Positions 1 through 8,497 of a DNA stretch of 64,000 bases are shown here, piece after piece. Origin of the DNA: Carpediemonas membranifera BICM (taxonomy: Eukaryota > Protista > Fornicata). The DNA is taken from positions 427,664-491,663 of the forward strand of contig JAHDYR010000024.1 in assembly GCA_019828565.1 (NCBI GenBank). The letters are read 5' to 3'. Positions within the stretch are counted from its first letter, which is position 1; every line of letters begins with the position of its first letter. Position numbers and translations under genes: made by a program. The notes under the pieces are model-generated. The model was not told where the DNA came from, ran no database searches, and saw only the letters and a program-made list of their open reading frames with translations.

Positions 1-10
1 CTCGACGGCG

Positions 11-1828
11 ATGACACTGTTGCCCGAGGAAAGGGACTGGGTACTGCGGCGGCTGGAGTACTTTTTCGAGGGTCGGGCACCGCTGAACATCTCGTACACG
101 ATCCAACACGCCATGACGGCCGAGCAGATGGTGATTCAGTGCCATACCAGCGATGTTCTCGATGAAGACGGCATGGTAGTCGCTGCGGTAGGCATTGCTA
201 AGAACGTCACCGAGATGACCCGCATCCAGGCCGAGCTGGCGGACGTCAACGAGATGTTCCACGAGATGGCGGCGATGATCAGCGACGTATGGTGGATCTC
301 CAAGCCCGTGGTCACCGACGACCAGGGCACCATCGTCGACGAGGACGGCAACCACGGCATCATACCATTCCAACACGTCACCCGCAGCTGCATTGATTTA
401 TTAGAGCTCACACCTGAGCAGCTCATCGAGGATCCATACATCATGTTCACACTGGTTGACGAGGCCGACAAGAGGGATATTTGCAAGGCCATCGACACAT
501 TCATGGTCCAGGTCGCTGATGACCCCACTGACATGGTGCTCGAGATCATATGGCGACTTAGGCTATCGGGCGGGCGGGTTCGTCATGCTCTGCTCCGAGT
601 CAAACCCGTGTTGAACTGCCGTGGCACTGTGGTCCGGTTCGCGGGCACCATTAGCGACATTACTGACATGATCGACGTCCAGAGCAGTCTGGCACAGTAT
701 CTAGAGAAATCTAATCAAATCCTGGACAACATCGATCAGATGGTCTGCCTGCTGGAGCTCGTCCCCGGGGCCCTGGCCGGCCCCGTGTGTGAGGGCCGCA
801 CCAACCCGCTCACCCGCACCGTCTTCGTCAACCCGAGCTATGAGGCGATCACCGGCTTCACAGTCGACGGGATCAAGCGGAGTCGTGCGAACGAGCACTG
901 CAGTCTCTTCCTCTTTGATGACGAGCGGCACCGACAGTTCGACGCGTTTGTCATTGGGGAAGGCCACTCGCTGTCGATGCAGTACCCCCTGGTTCGTGCA
1001 GATGGCGCCCTCATTCATGTCAGTCTTAAGATTAACGCCATCCCCGAGGACGGTGTGCGGAAGTTCTTCGTCGCCACACTCTGTGACATCACTGAAGTTG
1101 TCACTGCCCTGTCTGACAAGGAGCTGATTGAGCAGCAGATGCACAGGGCCCAGAAGCTCGAGAGCCTGGGCGTGCTGGCTGGTGGCATCTCGCATGACTT
1201 CAACGACATCATATCGGTCATCATGGGAAACACGGACCTCGCCCTGGAGCTGGTCGAGCCCGGCACTGCCATACATGGCATGCTATTGGAGATGATCGAA
1301 GCGGCGACCCGGGCGTGCACCTTTACGGATCAGTTGCTGTCGTACTCGGGCAAGAATAAGGGCATCATGACGCCAGTCAACGTCACAAACCTGCTCGATG
1401 GAATGCGCACGTTCCTCACGACCAGCGTGCCCCCAAACGTCACCACGAACTGGGAGCTTCACGCCGAACACATGCCCACCATCATCGGCGACAAGGTCCA
1501 GCTCGGCCAGGTAATCCACAACCTCTTCACCAACAGCATAGAGGCCATTGGGTCTAGTGAGGGCACGATCACACTCTCCTCTGGCGTCACAGTCGTTGAC
1601 TCGGAGCCGAGGGTCTTCGTTCGAGTGGCAGACACAGGCTGCGGAATGCCGGCTGATGTCAGGGAGCGTCTGTTCGACCCTTTTTACAGCACAAAGTTTA
1701 CTGGACGTGGGCTGGGCATGGCGGCCGTGGGCGGTATCGTCAGGGCACACCGGGGATCGATAGACGTCCAGTCGGTGCCGGGGTCGGGGACGATATTCAC
1801 ACTGCGGTTCCCTATAGACGAGGGATAG
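11..1828 (+). CDS. Multi-PAS sensor histidine kinase (HisKA + HATPase_c), bacterial-type, no receiver domain; probably 5'-truncated by the window
   Basis: H-box [18 protein letters not shown]-box [10 protein letters not shown]1 DTGCG, F-box [10 protein letters not shown]2 GRGLG; PAS/PAC segments ([21 protein letters not shown]). The frame is open back to the window start. Confidence 0.9.
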
Positions 1829-1911
1829 CCGGTCAGAGTGTTGTAGAGCAGTAAAGCGCCAGAGTGTCGTGGTTGATCTCTTCACTTTTTTTTCACTTTT
1901 CAGAACACGGC

Positions 1912-2046
1912 ATGAGCACGACAAGGAGCTATGTGGAGCCCACGGCGGTATTCGTCACTGGAGAGGACGTTGATGAGTACGTACGTTGCATGGAAGAGAT
2001 GAACGCCGAGATGAGGGCCAAGGATCAACTCGACATCACCATGTAG
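1912..2046 (+). CDS. Possible small protein (44 aa)
   Basis: ATG at 1912, coding-like composition, preceded by a pyrimidine tract ending in AG; no recognisable homology. Confidence 0.3.
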   Translation: MSTTRSYVEPTAVFVTGEDVDEYVRCMEEMNAEMRAKDQLDITM

Positions 2047-2420
2047 GCCCATTCCCGAGATTGATTGGAGAAGTAATGCCGTACCACTGGTAAGGCGATC
2101 GTATGTCCTGATAATACGTTCATTGCGGACTCAATTGCGACATAGGGCTCGTCACTTGGTGTCATTCATTAAAGACCTGCGATGACAATCGTTCTGCTCG
2201 ATACGTTGAACACTGAAGCTTGATGACACCTATTCTTGTATAATAAAGGCTAATAGCTGGCCTATTCTCTCATTATTACCGTCTTCTGTCCTGAGAAGCA
2301 CTTCTTCATTTCAAATTTTCAAAGCCATAAACTGGGCTTCATTTTGACATAGTAATGCAAAATAGTATTAGAGAAAAGTGGCGACAATGAGTAGACATCC
2401 GCTTCACTAGAGTATAAGAA

Positions 2421-2837
2421 ATGGCTCGTACCAAGCAAACCGCACGTAAGCAGCAGCCCGGTGGCAAGGCCCCCCGCAAGCAGCTCGCCGCTAAGGCCGC
2501 TCGTAAGACCGCCGCCGCCACTGGTGGCATGAAGAAGGTTCACCGCTTCAAGCCCGGCACTGTCGCTATCCGTGACATCAAGAAGTACCAGAAGAGCACT
2601 GAGCTCCTCATCCGCAAGCTCCCCTTCCAGCGCCTCGTCCGTGAGATCTCCCAGGACTTCCAGCTCGATCTCCGCTTCCAGTCCGCCGCTGTGAACGCCC
2701 TCCAGGAGGCTGCTGAGGCCTACCTCGTTGGCCTCTTCGAGGACACCAACCTCTGCGCCATCCACGCCCAGCGTGTGACCATCATGGAGCGCGACATGAT
2801 CCTCGCCCGCCGCATCCGTGGTGAAGCCCGCGCTTAA
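2421..2837 (+). CDS. H3: Histone H3 (copy 1)
   Basis: ARTKQTARK...[10 protein letters not shown]...[21 protein letters not shown]...[12 protein letters not shown]. Confidence 0.98.
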   Translation: MARTKQTARKQQPGGKAPRKQLAAKAARKTAAATGGMKKVHRFKPGTVAIRDIKKYQKSTELLIRKLPFQRLVREISQDFQLDLRFQSAAVNALQEAAEAYLVGLFEDTNLCAIHAQRVTIMERDMILARRIRGEARA

Positions 2838-2858
2838 GCGACCAAACAAACCAAAAAC

Positions 2859-2874
2859 GGTGTCATCTGACACC
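2859..2874 (+). promoter_or_regulatory. Histone mRNA 3' stem-loop (copy 1)
   Basis: CCAAAAAC-GGTGTC-ATCT-GACACC-ACTA: 6-bp stem, 4-nt loop, A/C-rich flanks, 21 nt after the H3 stop. Confidence 0.8.
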
Positions 2875-3158
2875 ACTATCTAACAATATCAAGCCATCTT
2901 GTAAAGGAGAGAGTTTAACGTCGCTGCCTGTCGGTTTCCTGGACCAAGGTCGACTCTGCTAATGATGGCCGCATCATGCTGCTGCCACGCTGCCTCCGTC
3001 GCTGCTGTGGGGAGCTGTCGCTCGTAGGGGGCGGCGACTCGAGCAACTGTGGCATATACTAGTAAATCTCAATCACACTGCCCTGCGCCTGTAACATCCT
3101 TTCCTCGTCCCTTTATAAACCCGCCTAACATCCATAAGAGTACCGTTTCACCCCTCCA

Positions 3159-4047
3159 TTACCACCCCTGTAAGAACCGTTCGAAGTCATCCTTGGCCAC
3201 GGGGTACAGCCGACGCCACTCATCCTCCAGGGCAGCAAAGGGGGATATCACCGCGCCTATTGGCAGCGAGGGCGGCTCTGAGCTGACCGAAGTAGTGGTC
3301 GAGCATCGCGTCCTCGTGTGCCCCCTCGCCGTGCAGCAGGTAGGCGACGTCCCTCATACCACATCCCTGTCCAACGTACTGGAAGTCCACTGCTGCTACT
3401 CGCCCATCCGCCGCGAAACAGAAGTTGGCCGGCTTGGCGTCGCCGTGAACGAAGGTCTGGAAGGCAGCGTCGAGGAGCTGTTGGTCGAGGTTGGCCGCCT
3501 CTCGCTTCAACCGGCCCGGCCTCATGCGTTCGTACTCCTCCTGCCGTGTAGCAAGGTGCCAGTAAGTACCGACCTCCCATATACCAGCAGGGGGACGTTG
3601 CATGAAGTGGGCGTGGAAGTGGGCAAGCCACGTCAGAGAGGCCTTCATCTCAGACGCATTCAGGGAGTGGCGGCGCAACATGAAGCCAGCGGCGTCTAGA
3701 TCCTCGAGGACGAGCACGATCTCGTCCGGGATGGCCGTTGATGAGGCATAGGCCTGCGGGATTCGGCACGGACTGTTCTCGCCACAGAGTTGGGCGCCGT
3801 AGCGGTGGTAGAACTCCGTCTCAACAATGTACGAGCGCCGCTTGCGCTGGTGGCCAACGCTTGAGTCCCTTCCCTGCTTCAGACGCACGTGCTTGATGAT
3901 TGCAGTGGGGCAAACGCCATTCCGGATGTTTGTGATGCGCTCGATGCTACCATATCCCTCCCACAAGGTTTGAACCCGCTTTGAAGCCGAGTACTTGTCT
4001 GATTTCAAGGCATGGCAAATGATACCATCCACAGTGCTCACTGCCAT
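3159..4047 (-). pseudogene. Choline/ecdysteroid-kinase-like (APH superfamily) phosphotransferase, copy 1, frameshifted near the C-terminus
   Basis: Matches 5069-5956 except for 5 G instead of 4 G at 3240-3244, which alters and truncates the last ~25 aa. Could be a homopolymer sequencing error. Confidence 0.7.
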
Positions 4048-4330
4048 CGATCGTCCTGCGAGTCGGGTCGACTGAGTTCCACTCCGCTGAATATGTGTGC
4101 TTAGAGGTTATGGGAGGTGACTGCAGGCCGAAGGTAGGCCGGAGTTTGTCCTTGCCCTCGAGACAGAAGTGCGCGAAAAAATGGTGATTTAAAAGGACCT
4201 GTCTACGGCATTTTATTCGTCCATCCGATGTGTTGAGCAACATAATTTGTCCAAACTTTTCGCAGTTTTGCCCGCAATTCCTTCCAAAAAAAATTGGCGC
4301 ACTTCGCATTCATTCGCGCAAAAGAACGAA
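4048..4330. promoter_or_regulatory. Putative bidirectional promoter between the kinase (-) and H3 (+); repeated at 5957-6239
   Basis: 283-bp divergent gap, AT-richer near H3, containing GCGCGAAA (reverse complement of the E2F-type TTTCGCGC) at 4171-4178. Confidence 0.5.
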
Positions 4331-4747
4331 ATGGCTCGTACCAAGCAAACCGCACGTAAGCAGCAGCCCGGTGGCAAGGCCCCCCGCAAGCAGCTCGCCG
4401 CTAAGGCCGCTCGTAAGACCGCCGCCGCCACTGGTGGCATGAAGAAGGTTCACCGCTTCAAGCCCGGCACTGTCGCTATCCGTGACATCAAGAAGTACCA
4501 GAAGAGCACTGAGCTCCTCATCCGCAAGCTCCCCTTCCAGCGCCTCGTCCGTGAGATCTCCCAGGACTTCCAGCTCGATCTCCGCTTCCAGTCCGCCGCT
4601 GTGAACGCCCTCCAGGAGGCTGCTGAGGCCTACCTCGTTGGCCTCTTCGAGGACACCAACCTCTGCGCCATCCACGCCCAGCGTGTGACCATCATGGAGC
4701 GCGACATGATCCTCGCCCGCCGCATCCGTGGTGAAGCCCGCGCTTAA
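4331..4747 (+). CDS. H3: Histone H3 (copy 2)
   Basis: Identical to copy 1; the true ATG is at 4331. Confidence 0.98.
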   Translation: MARTKQTARKQQPGGKAPRKQLAAKAARKTAAATGGMKKVHRFKPGTVAIRDIKKYQKSTELLIRKLPFQRLVREISQDFQLDLRFQSAAVNALQEAAEAYLVGLFEDTNLCAIHAQRVTIMERDMILARRIRGEARA

Positions 4748-4768
4748 GCGACCAAACAAACCAAAAAC

Positions 4769-4784
4769 GGTGTCATCTGACACC
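4769..4784 (+). promoter_or_regulatory. Histone mRNA 3' stem-loop (copy 2)
   Basis: GGTGTC-ATCT-GACACC. Confidence 0.8.
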
Positions 4785-5068
4785 ACTATCTAACAATATC
4801 AAGCCATCTTGTAAAGGAGAGAGTTTAACGTCGCTGCCTGTCGGTTTCCTGGACCAAGGTCGACTCTGCTAATGATGGCCGCATCATGCTGCTGCCACGC
4901 TGCCTCCGTCGCTGCTGTGGGGAGCTGTCGCTCGTAGGGGGCGGCGACTCGAGCAACTGTGGCATATACTAGTAAATCTCAATCACACTGCCCTGCGCCT
5001 GTAACATCCTTTCCTCGTCCCTTTATAAACCCGCCTAACATCCATAAGAGTACCGTTTCACCCCTCCA

Positions 5069-5956
5069 TTACCACCCCTGTAAGAACCGTTCGAAGTCAT
5101 CCTTGGCCACGGGGTACAGCCGACGCCACTCATCCTCCAGGGCAGCAAAGGGGATATCACCGCGCCTATTGGCAGCGAGGGCGGCTCTGAGCTGACCGAA
5201 GTAGTGGTCGAGCATCGCGTCCTCGTGTGCCCCCTCGCCGTGCAGCAGGTAGGCGACGTCCCTCATACCACATCCCTGTCCAACGTACTGGAAGTCCACT
5301 GCTGCTACTCGCCCATCCGCCGCGAAACAGAAGTTGGCCGGCTTGGCGTCGCCGTGAACGAAGGTCTGGAAGGCAGCGTCGAGGAGCTGTTGGTCGAGGT
5401 TGGCCGCCTCTCGCTTCAACCGGCCCGGCCTCATGCGTTCGTACTCCTCCTGCCGTGTAGCAAGGTGCCAGTAAGTACCGACCTCCCATATACCAGCAGG
5501 GGGACGTTGCATGAAGTGGGCGTGGAAGTGGGCAAGCCACGTCAGAGAGGCCTTCATCTCAGACGCATTCAGGGAGTGGCGGCGCAACATGAAGCCAGCG
5601 GCGTCTAGATCCTCGAGGACGAGCACGATCTCGTCCGGGATGGCCGTTGATGAGGCATAGGCCTGCGGGATTCGGCACGGACTGTTCTCGCCACAGAGTT
5701 GGGCGCCGTAGCGGTGGTAGAACTCCGTCTCAACAATGTACGAGCGCCGCTTGCGCTGGTGGCCAACGCTTGAGTCCCTTCCCTGCTTCAGACGCACGTG
5801 CTTGATGATTGCAGTGGGGCAAACGCCATTCCGGATGTTTGTGATGCGCTCGATGCTACCATATCCCTCCCACAAGGTTTGAACCCGCTTTGAAGCCGAG
5901 TACTTGTCTGATTTCAAGGCATGGCAAATGATACCATCCACAGTGCTCACTGCCAT
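5069..5956 (-). CDS. Choline/ecdysteroid-kinase-like (APH superfamily) phosphotransferase, bacterial-type, intact copy
   Basis: Brenner motif VHGDAKPANFCF, metal-binding VDFQYVG, N-lobe TLWEGYGSI and IIKHV, LVLEDL. Confidence 0.85.
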   Translation of the reverse strand: MAVSTVDGIICHALKSDKYSASKRVQTLWEGYGSIERITNIRNGVCPTAIIKHVRLKQGRDSSVGHQRKRRSYIVETEFYHRYGAQLCGENSPCRIPQAYASSTAIPDEIVLVLEDLDAAGFMLRRHSLNASEMKASLTWLAHFHAHFMQRPPAGIWEVGTYWHLATRQEEYERMRPGRLKREAANLDQQLLDAAFQTFVHGDAKPANFCFAADGRVAAVDFQYVGQGCGMRDVAYLLHGEGAHEDAMLDHYFGQLRAALAANRRGDIPFAALEDEWRRLYPVAKDDFERFLQGW

Positions 5957-6239
5957 CGATCGTCCTGCGAGTCGGGTCGACTGAGTTCCACTCCGCTGAA
6001 TATGTGTGCTTAGAGGTTATGGGAGGTGACTGCAGGCCGAAGGTAGGCCGGAGTTTGTCCTTGCCCTCGAGACAGAAGTGCGCGAAAAAATGGTGATTTA
6101 AAAGGACCTGTCTACGGCATTTTATTCGTCCATCCGATGTGTTGAGCAACATAATTTGTCCAAACTTTTCGCAGTTTTGCCCGCAATTCCTTCCAAAAAA
6201 AATTGGCGCACTTCGCATTCATTCGCGCAAAAGAACGAA

Positions 6240-6656
6240 ATGGCTCGTACCAAGCAAACCGCACGTAAGCAGCAGCCCGGTGGCAAGGCCCCCCGCAAGC
6301 AGCTCGCCGCTAAGGCCGCTCGTAAGACCGCCGCCGCCACTGGTGGCATGAAGAAGGTTCACCGCTTCAAGCCCGGCACTGTCGCTATCCGTGACATCAA
6401 GAAGTACCAGAAGAGCACTGAGCTCCTCATCCGCAAGCTCCCCTTCCAGCGCCTCGTCCGTGAGATCTCCCAGGACTTCCAGCTCGATCTCCGCTTCCAG
6501 TCCGCCGCTGTGAACGCCCTCCAGGAGGCTGCTGAGGCCTACCTCGTTGGCCTCTTCGAGGACACCAACCTCTGCGCCATCCACGCCCAGCGTGTGACCA
6601 TCATGGAGCGCGACATGATCCTCGCCCGCCGCATCCGTGGTGAAGCCCGCGCTTAA
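6240..6656 (+). CDS. H3: Histone H3 (copy 3)
   Basis: Identical to copies 1 and 2. Confidence 0.98.
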   Translation: MARTKQTARKQQPGGKAPRKQLAAKAARKTAAATGGMKKVHRFKPGTVAIRDIKKYQKSTELLIRKLPFQRLVREISQDFQLDLRFQSAAVNALQEAAEAYLVGLFEDTNLCAIHAQRVTIMERDMILARRIRGEARA

Positions 6657-6677
6657 GCGACCAAACAAACCAAAAAC

Positions 6678-6693
6678 GGTGTCATCTGACACC
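6678..6693 (+). promoter_or_regulatory. Histone mRNA 3' stem-loop (copy 3)
   Basis: GGTGTC-ATCT-GACACC. Confidence 0.8.
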
Positions 6694-6910
6694 ACTATCT
6701 AACAATATCAAGCCATCTTGTAAAGGAGAGAGTTTAACGTCGCTGCCTGTCGGTTTCCTGGACCAAGGTCGACTCTGCTAATGATGGCCGCATCATGCTG
6801 CTGCCACGCTGCCTCCGTCGCTGCTGTGGGGAGCTGTCGCTCGTAGGGGGCGGCGACTCAGCAACTGGCATCATCACAACCACTTGTCCGTCGCCGCGCG
6901 AAGCGCCAGC

Positions 6911-8470
6911 ATGGCGCACAGAACAAAGAATGCTAGTAAGGCACTCATCGCTGCGTTCAAACTCGCCGTCGAGGTGCGCTCAGTGCCCAGCGATGCCCTG
7001 TTCCTCATCCTGGACGCCTATGAACGGCAAAACGGGAATAAGCTCCCTGGATATGAAAGACTAGCGTGCTTTTCTCGCAAAGAACGTGGCGATGATCTCG
7101 ACAAGCTCATCGCCGCTCTTGCCATCATCCCGCCACTCAATCCCGAGGCACAGGCCCTCCTCGACGGCGCCCGCTGTCTGATATCGGAGGCCACGACCCC
7201 CTGGACGGCCGTGGAGCTGCCAGAGGACGATACTACATCCCCGCTGCTCGGTCTAGCTCCAGCTCTCTTGTGGGCCCTGCTGATGGCCGGTGGTGCCAAC
7301 CCAGACCTGGCACTGACCGATGAGCGTGCCGCCGATGACAATATCTGCTATACTCAACGCTCCAAGTTCCCCTGGTTCCTCTGCAGGGTGTTCCTCCAGT
7401 CCCATCGGCTCGCCAAGAAGGACGGTGAGTACTACGCCCACCGGGACGGCCAAGGGCGGTGTCTCTTCCACCGCTTGTATGTTGGCCGACTCTTCCTGCT
7501 CGACACAACCGAGCACACCTGCTTCACCCGCGCCAGGGTGCCTAGGGCTACGAGGGTCCTCTGCGACGGGTCGACCTGCCTTATACAGACCGACAAGGGA
7601 TTGTGGGGCTTTGGCGACAGCAGCAATGGTCAGCTGGGGCTCACGGTCTCTGACTTCGTCGACCCGACCCGTCTCACCTTCCCCGCCTGCCCCGAAGTCG
7701 CCGCGCTCGAGGCCAGTCTGCCCCTCTGGGAGAAGCACCGCCTCGTGCGGCAGCTCTCTGTTGCCCACAGACGCGTCCTGCTCCTAACACCAGTTGGCCT
7801 GATCATTGCGGGCGACGGTGCGGGATGGGCCACGGGTGGGAGTGAAAGTGGCCAGTTCCAGCCGGTTCCCCTGCCTGATGGATTCGTCCCAGATCATATC
7901 ATCAATGATGCTCTCACCGTCATCCTCTCCATGGGCGACCATCAGTTGATTGCCGGGGACAACTACATGGGCCGACTCGGCATCGGTCACACGCACTGCT
8001 CGCTGACGTTCGTCGACCTTCCCGTCCACGTGGACCGCATCGTAGTCTGCGGCGACATCTTCACCGTCTACTCCTGTGGCTCTGCTCTGTTGTTCGCAGG
8101 GCAGGTCTCTAGTGGTCTGGTCGAGGCCGGAATCATGCCCGGACACGCGGTATTCGACCGCTGCGTGTTTCCCGTTGAGTTGACTGTTCCCCGAGACATC
8201 ACTCGCTTCTGGTGCGATCATACCGCTGTCTGCTGTGTTGCTGGCGCCACCACTCTTTTTATTAGCGGTTGTTGCTACCACCTGCCCATCGAGGCCGCCT
8301 TCATCTCAGCAGTTCTAGATTGCTCTCCTGGCCCCCTCCCATCATTCATGGACGTCGATGGCGACGTTTACGTTGTCAGCAAGGTGAAGAAGGGCACGTG
8401 CCATGTAACAACAAGCCCGCTCTTACGACTCGTGGCAGCTGAAGAGATTAGAGTTTGCCATATTAAATAA
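6911..8470 (+). CDS. RCC1/BLIP-II-like beta-propeller family protein (paralog A)
   Basis: RCC1-like motifs LWGFGDSSNGQLG and AGDNYMGRLGIG; clear paralog at 22140-23725. Confidence 0.7.
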   Translation: MAHRTKNASKALIAAFKLAVEVRSVPSDALFLILDAYERQNGNKLPGYERLACFSRKERGDDLDKLIAALAIIPPLNPEAQALLDGARCLISEATTPWTAVELPEDDTTSPLLGLAPALLWALLMAGGANPDLALTDERAADDNICYTQRSKFPWFLCRVFLQSHRLAKKDGEYYAHRDGQGRCLFHRLYVGRLFLLDTTEHTCFTRARVPRATRVLCDGSTCLIQTDKGLWGFGDSSNGQLGLTVSDFVDPTRLTFPACPEVAALEASLPLWEKHRLVRQLSVAHRRVLLLTPVGLIIAGDGAGWATGGSESGQFQPVPLPDGFVPDHIINDALTVILSMGDHQLIAGDNYMGRLGIGHTHCSLTFVDLPVHVDRIVVCGDIFTVYSCGSALLFAGQVSSGLVEAGIMPGHAVFDRCVFPVELTVPRDITRFWCDHTAVCCVAGATTLFISGCCYHLPIEAAFISAVLDCSPGPLPSFMDVDGDVYVVSKVKKGTCHVTTSPLLRLVAAEEIRVCHIK

Positions 8471-8497
8471 CGTTTAAATTATTAAACTATCCGGCCC

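Larger units (their letters stand above)
2418..6859 (+). repeat. Tandem array of a ~1909-1910 bp unit (H3 + 3' flank + inverted kinase + divergent promoter), about 2.3 copies
   Basis: 2421-4330 matches 4331-6239; the only difference I could see is one extra G in the run at 3240-3244. The third partial unit diverges at about 6860. Confidence 0.95.

Noticed and set aside
4247-4330. N-terminally extended 166-aa H3 (also at 6156)
   Set aside because: It needs a TTG start in AT-rich promoter sequence; the canonical MARTK ATG is present and copy 1 lacks the extension.
2418-6859. H3-containing direct repeats as the LTRs of a mobile element carrying the kinase
   Set aside because: No TG...CA ends, PBS, TSD, integrase or transposase; simple tandem duplication explains it.
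6734-6919. Minus-strand Ser/Arg-rich ORF behind H3 as a gene remnant
   Set aside because: Short, closed by a stop near 6980, overlaps the next gene and has no recognisable homology.
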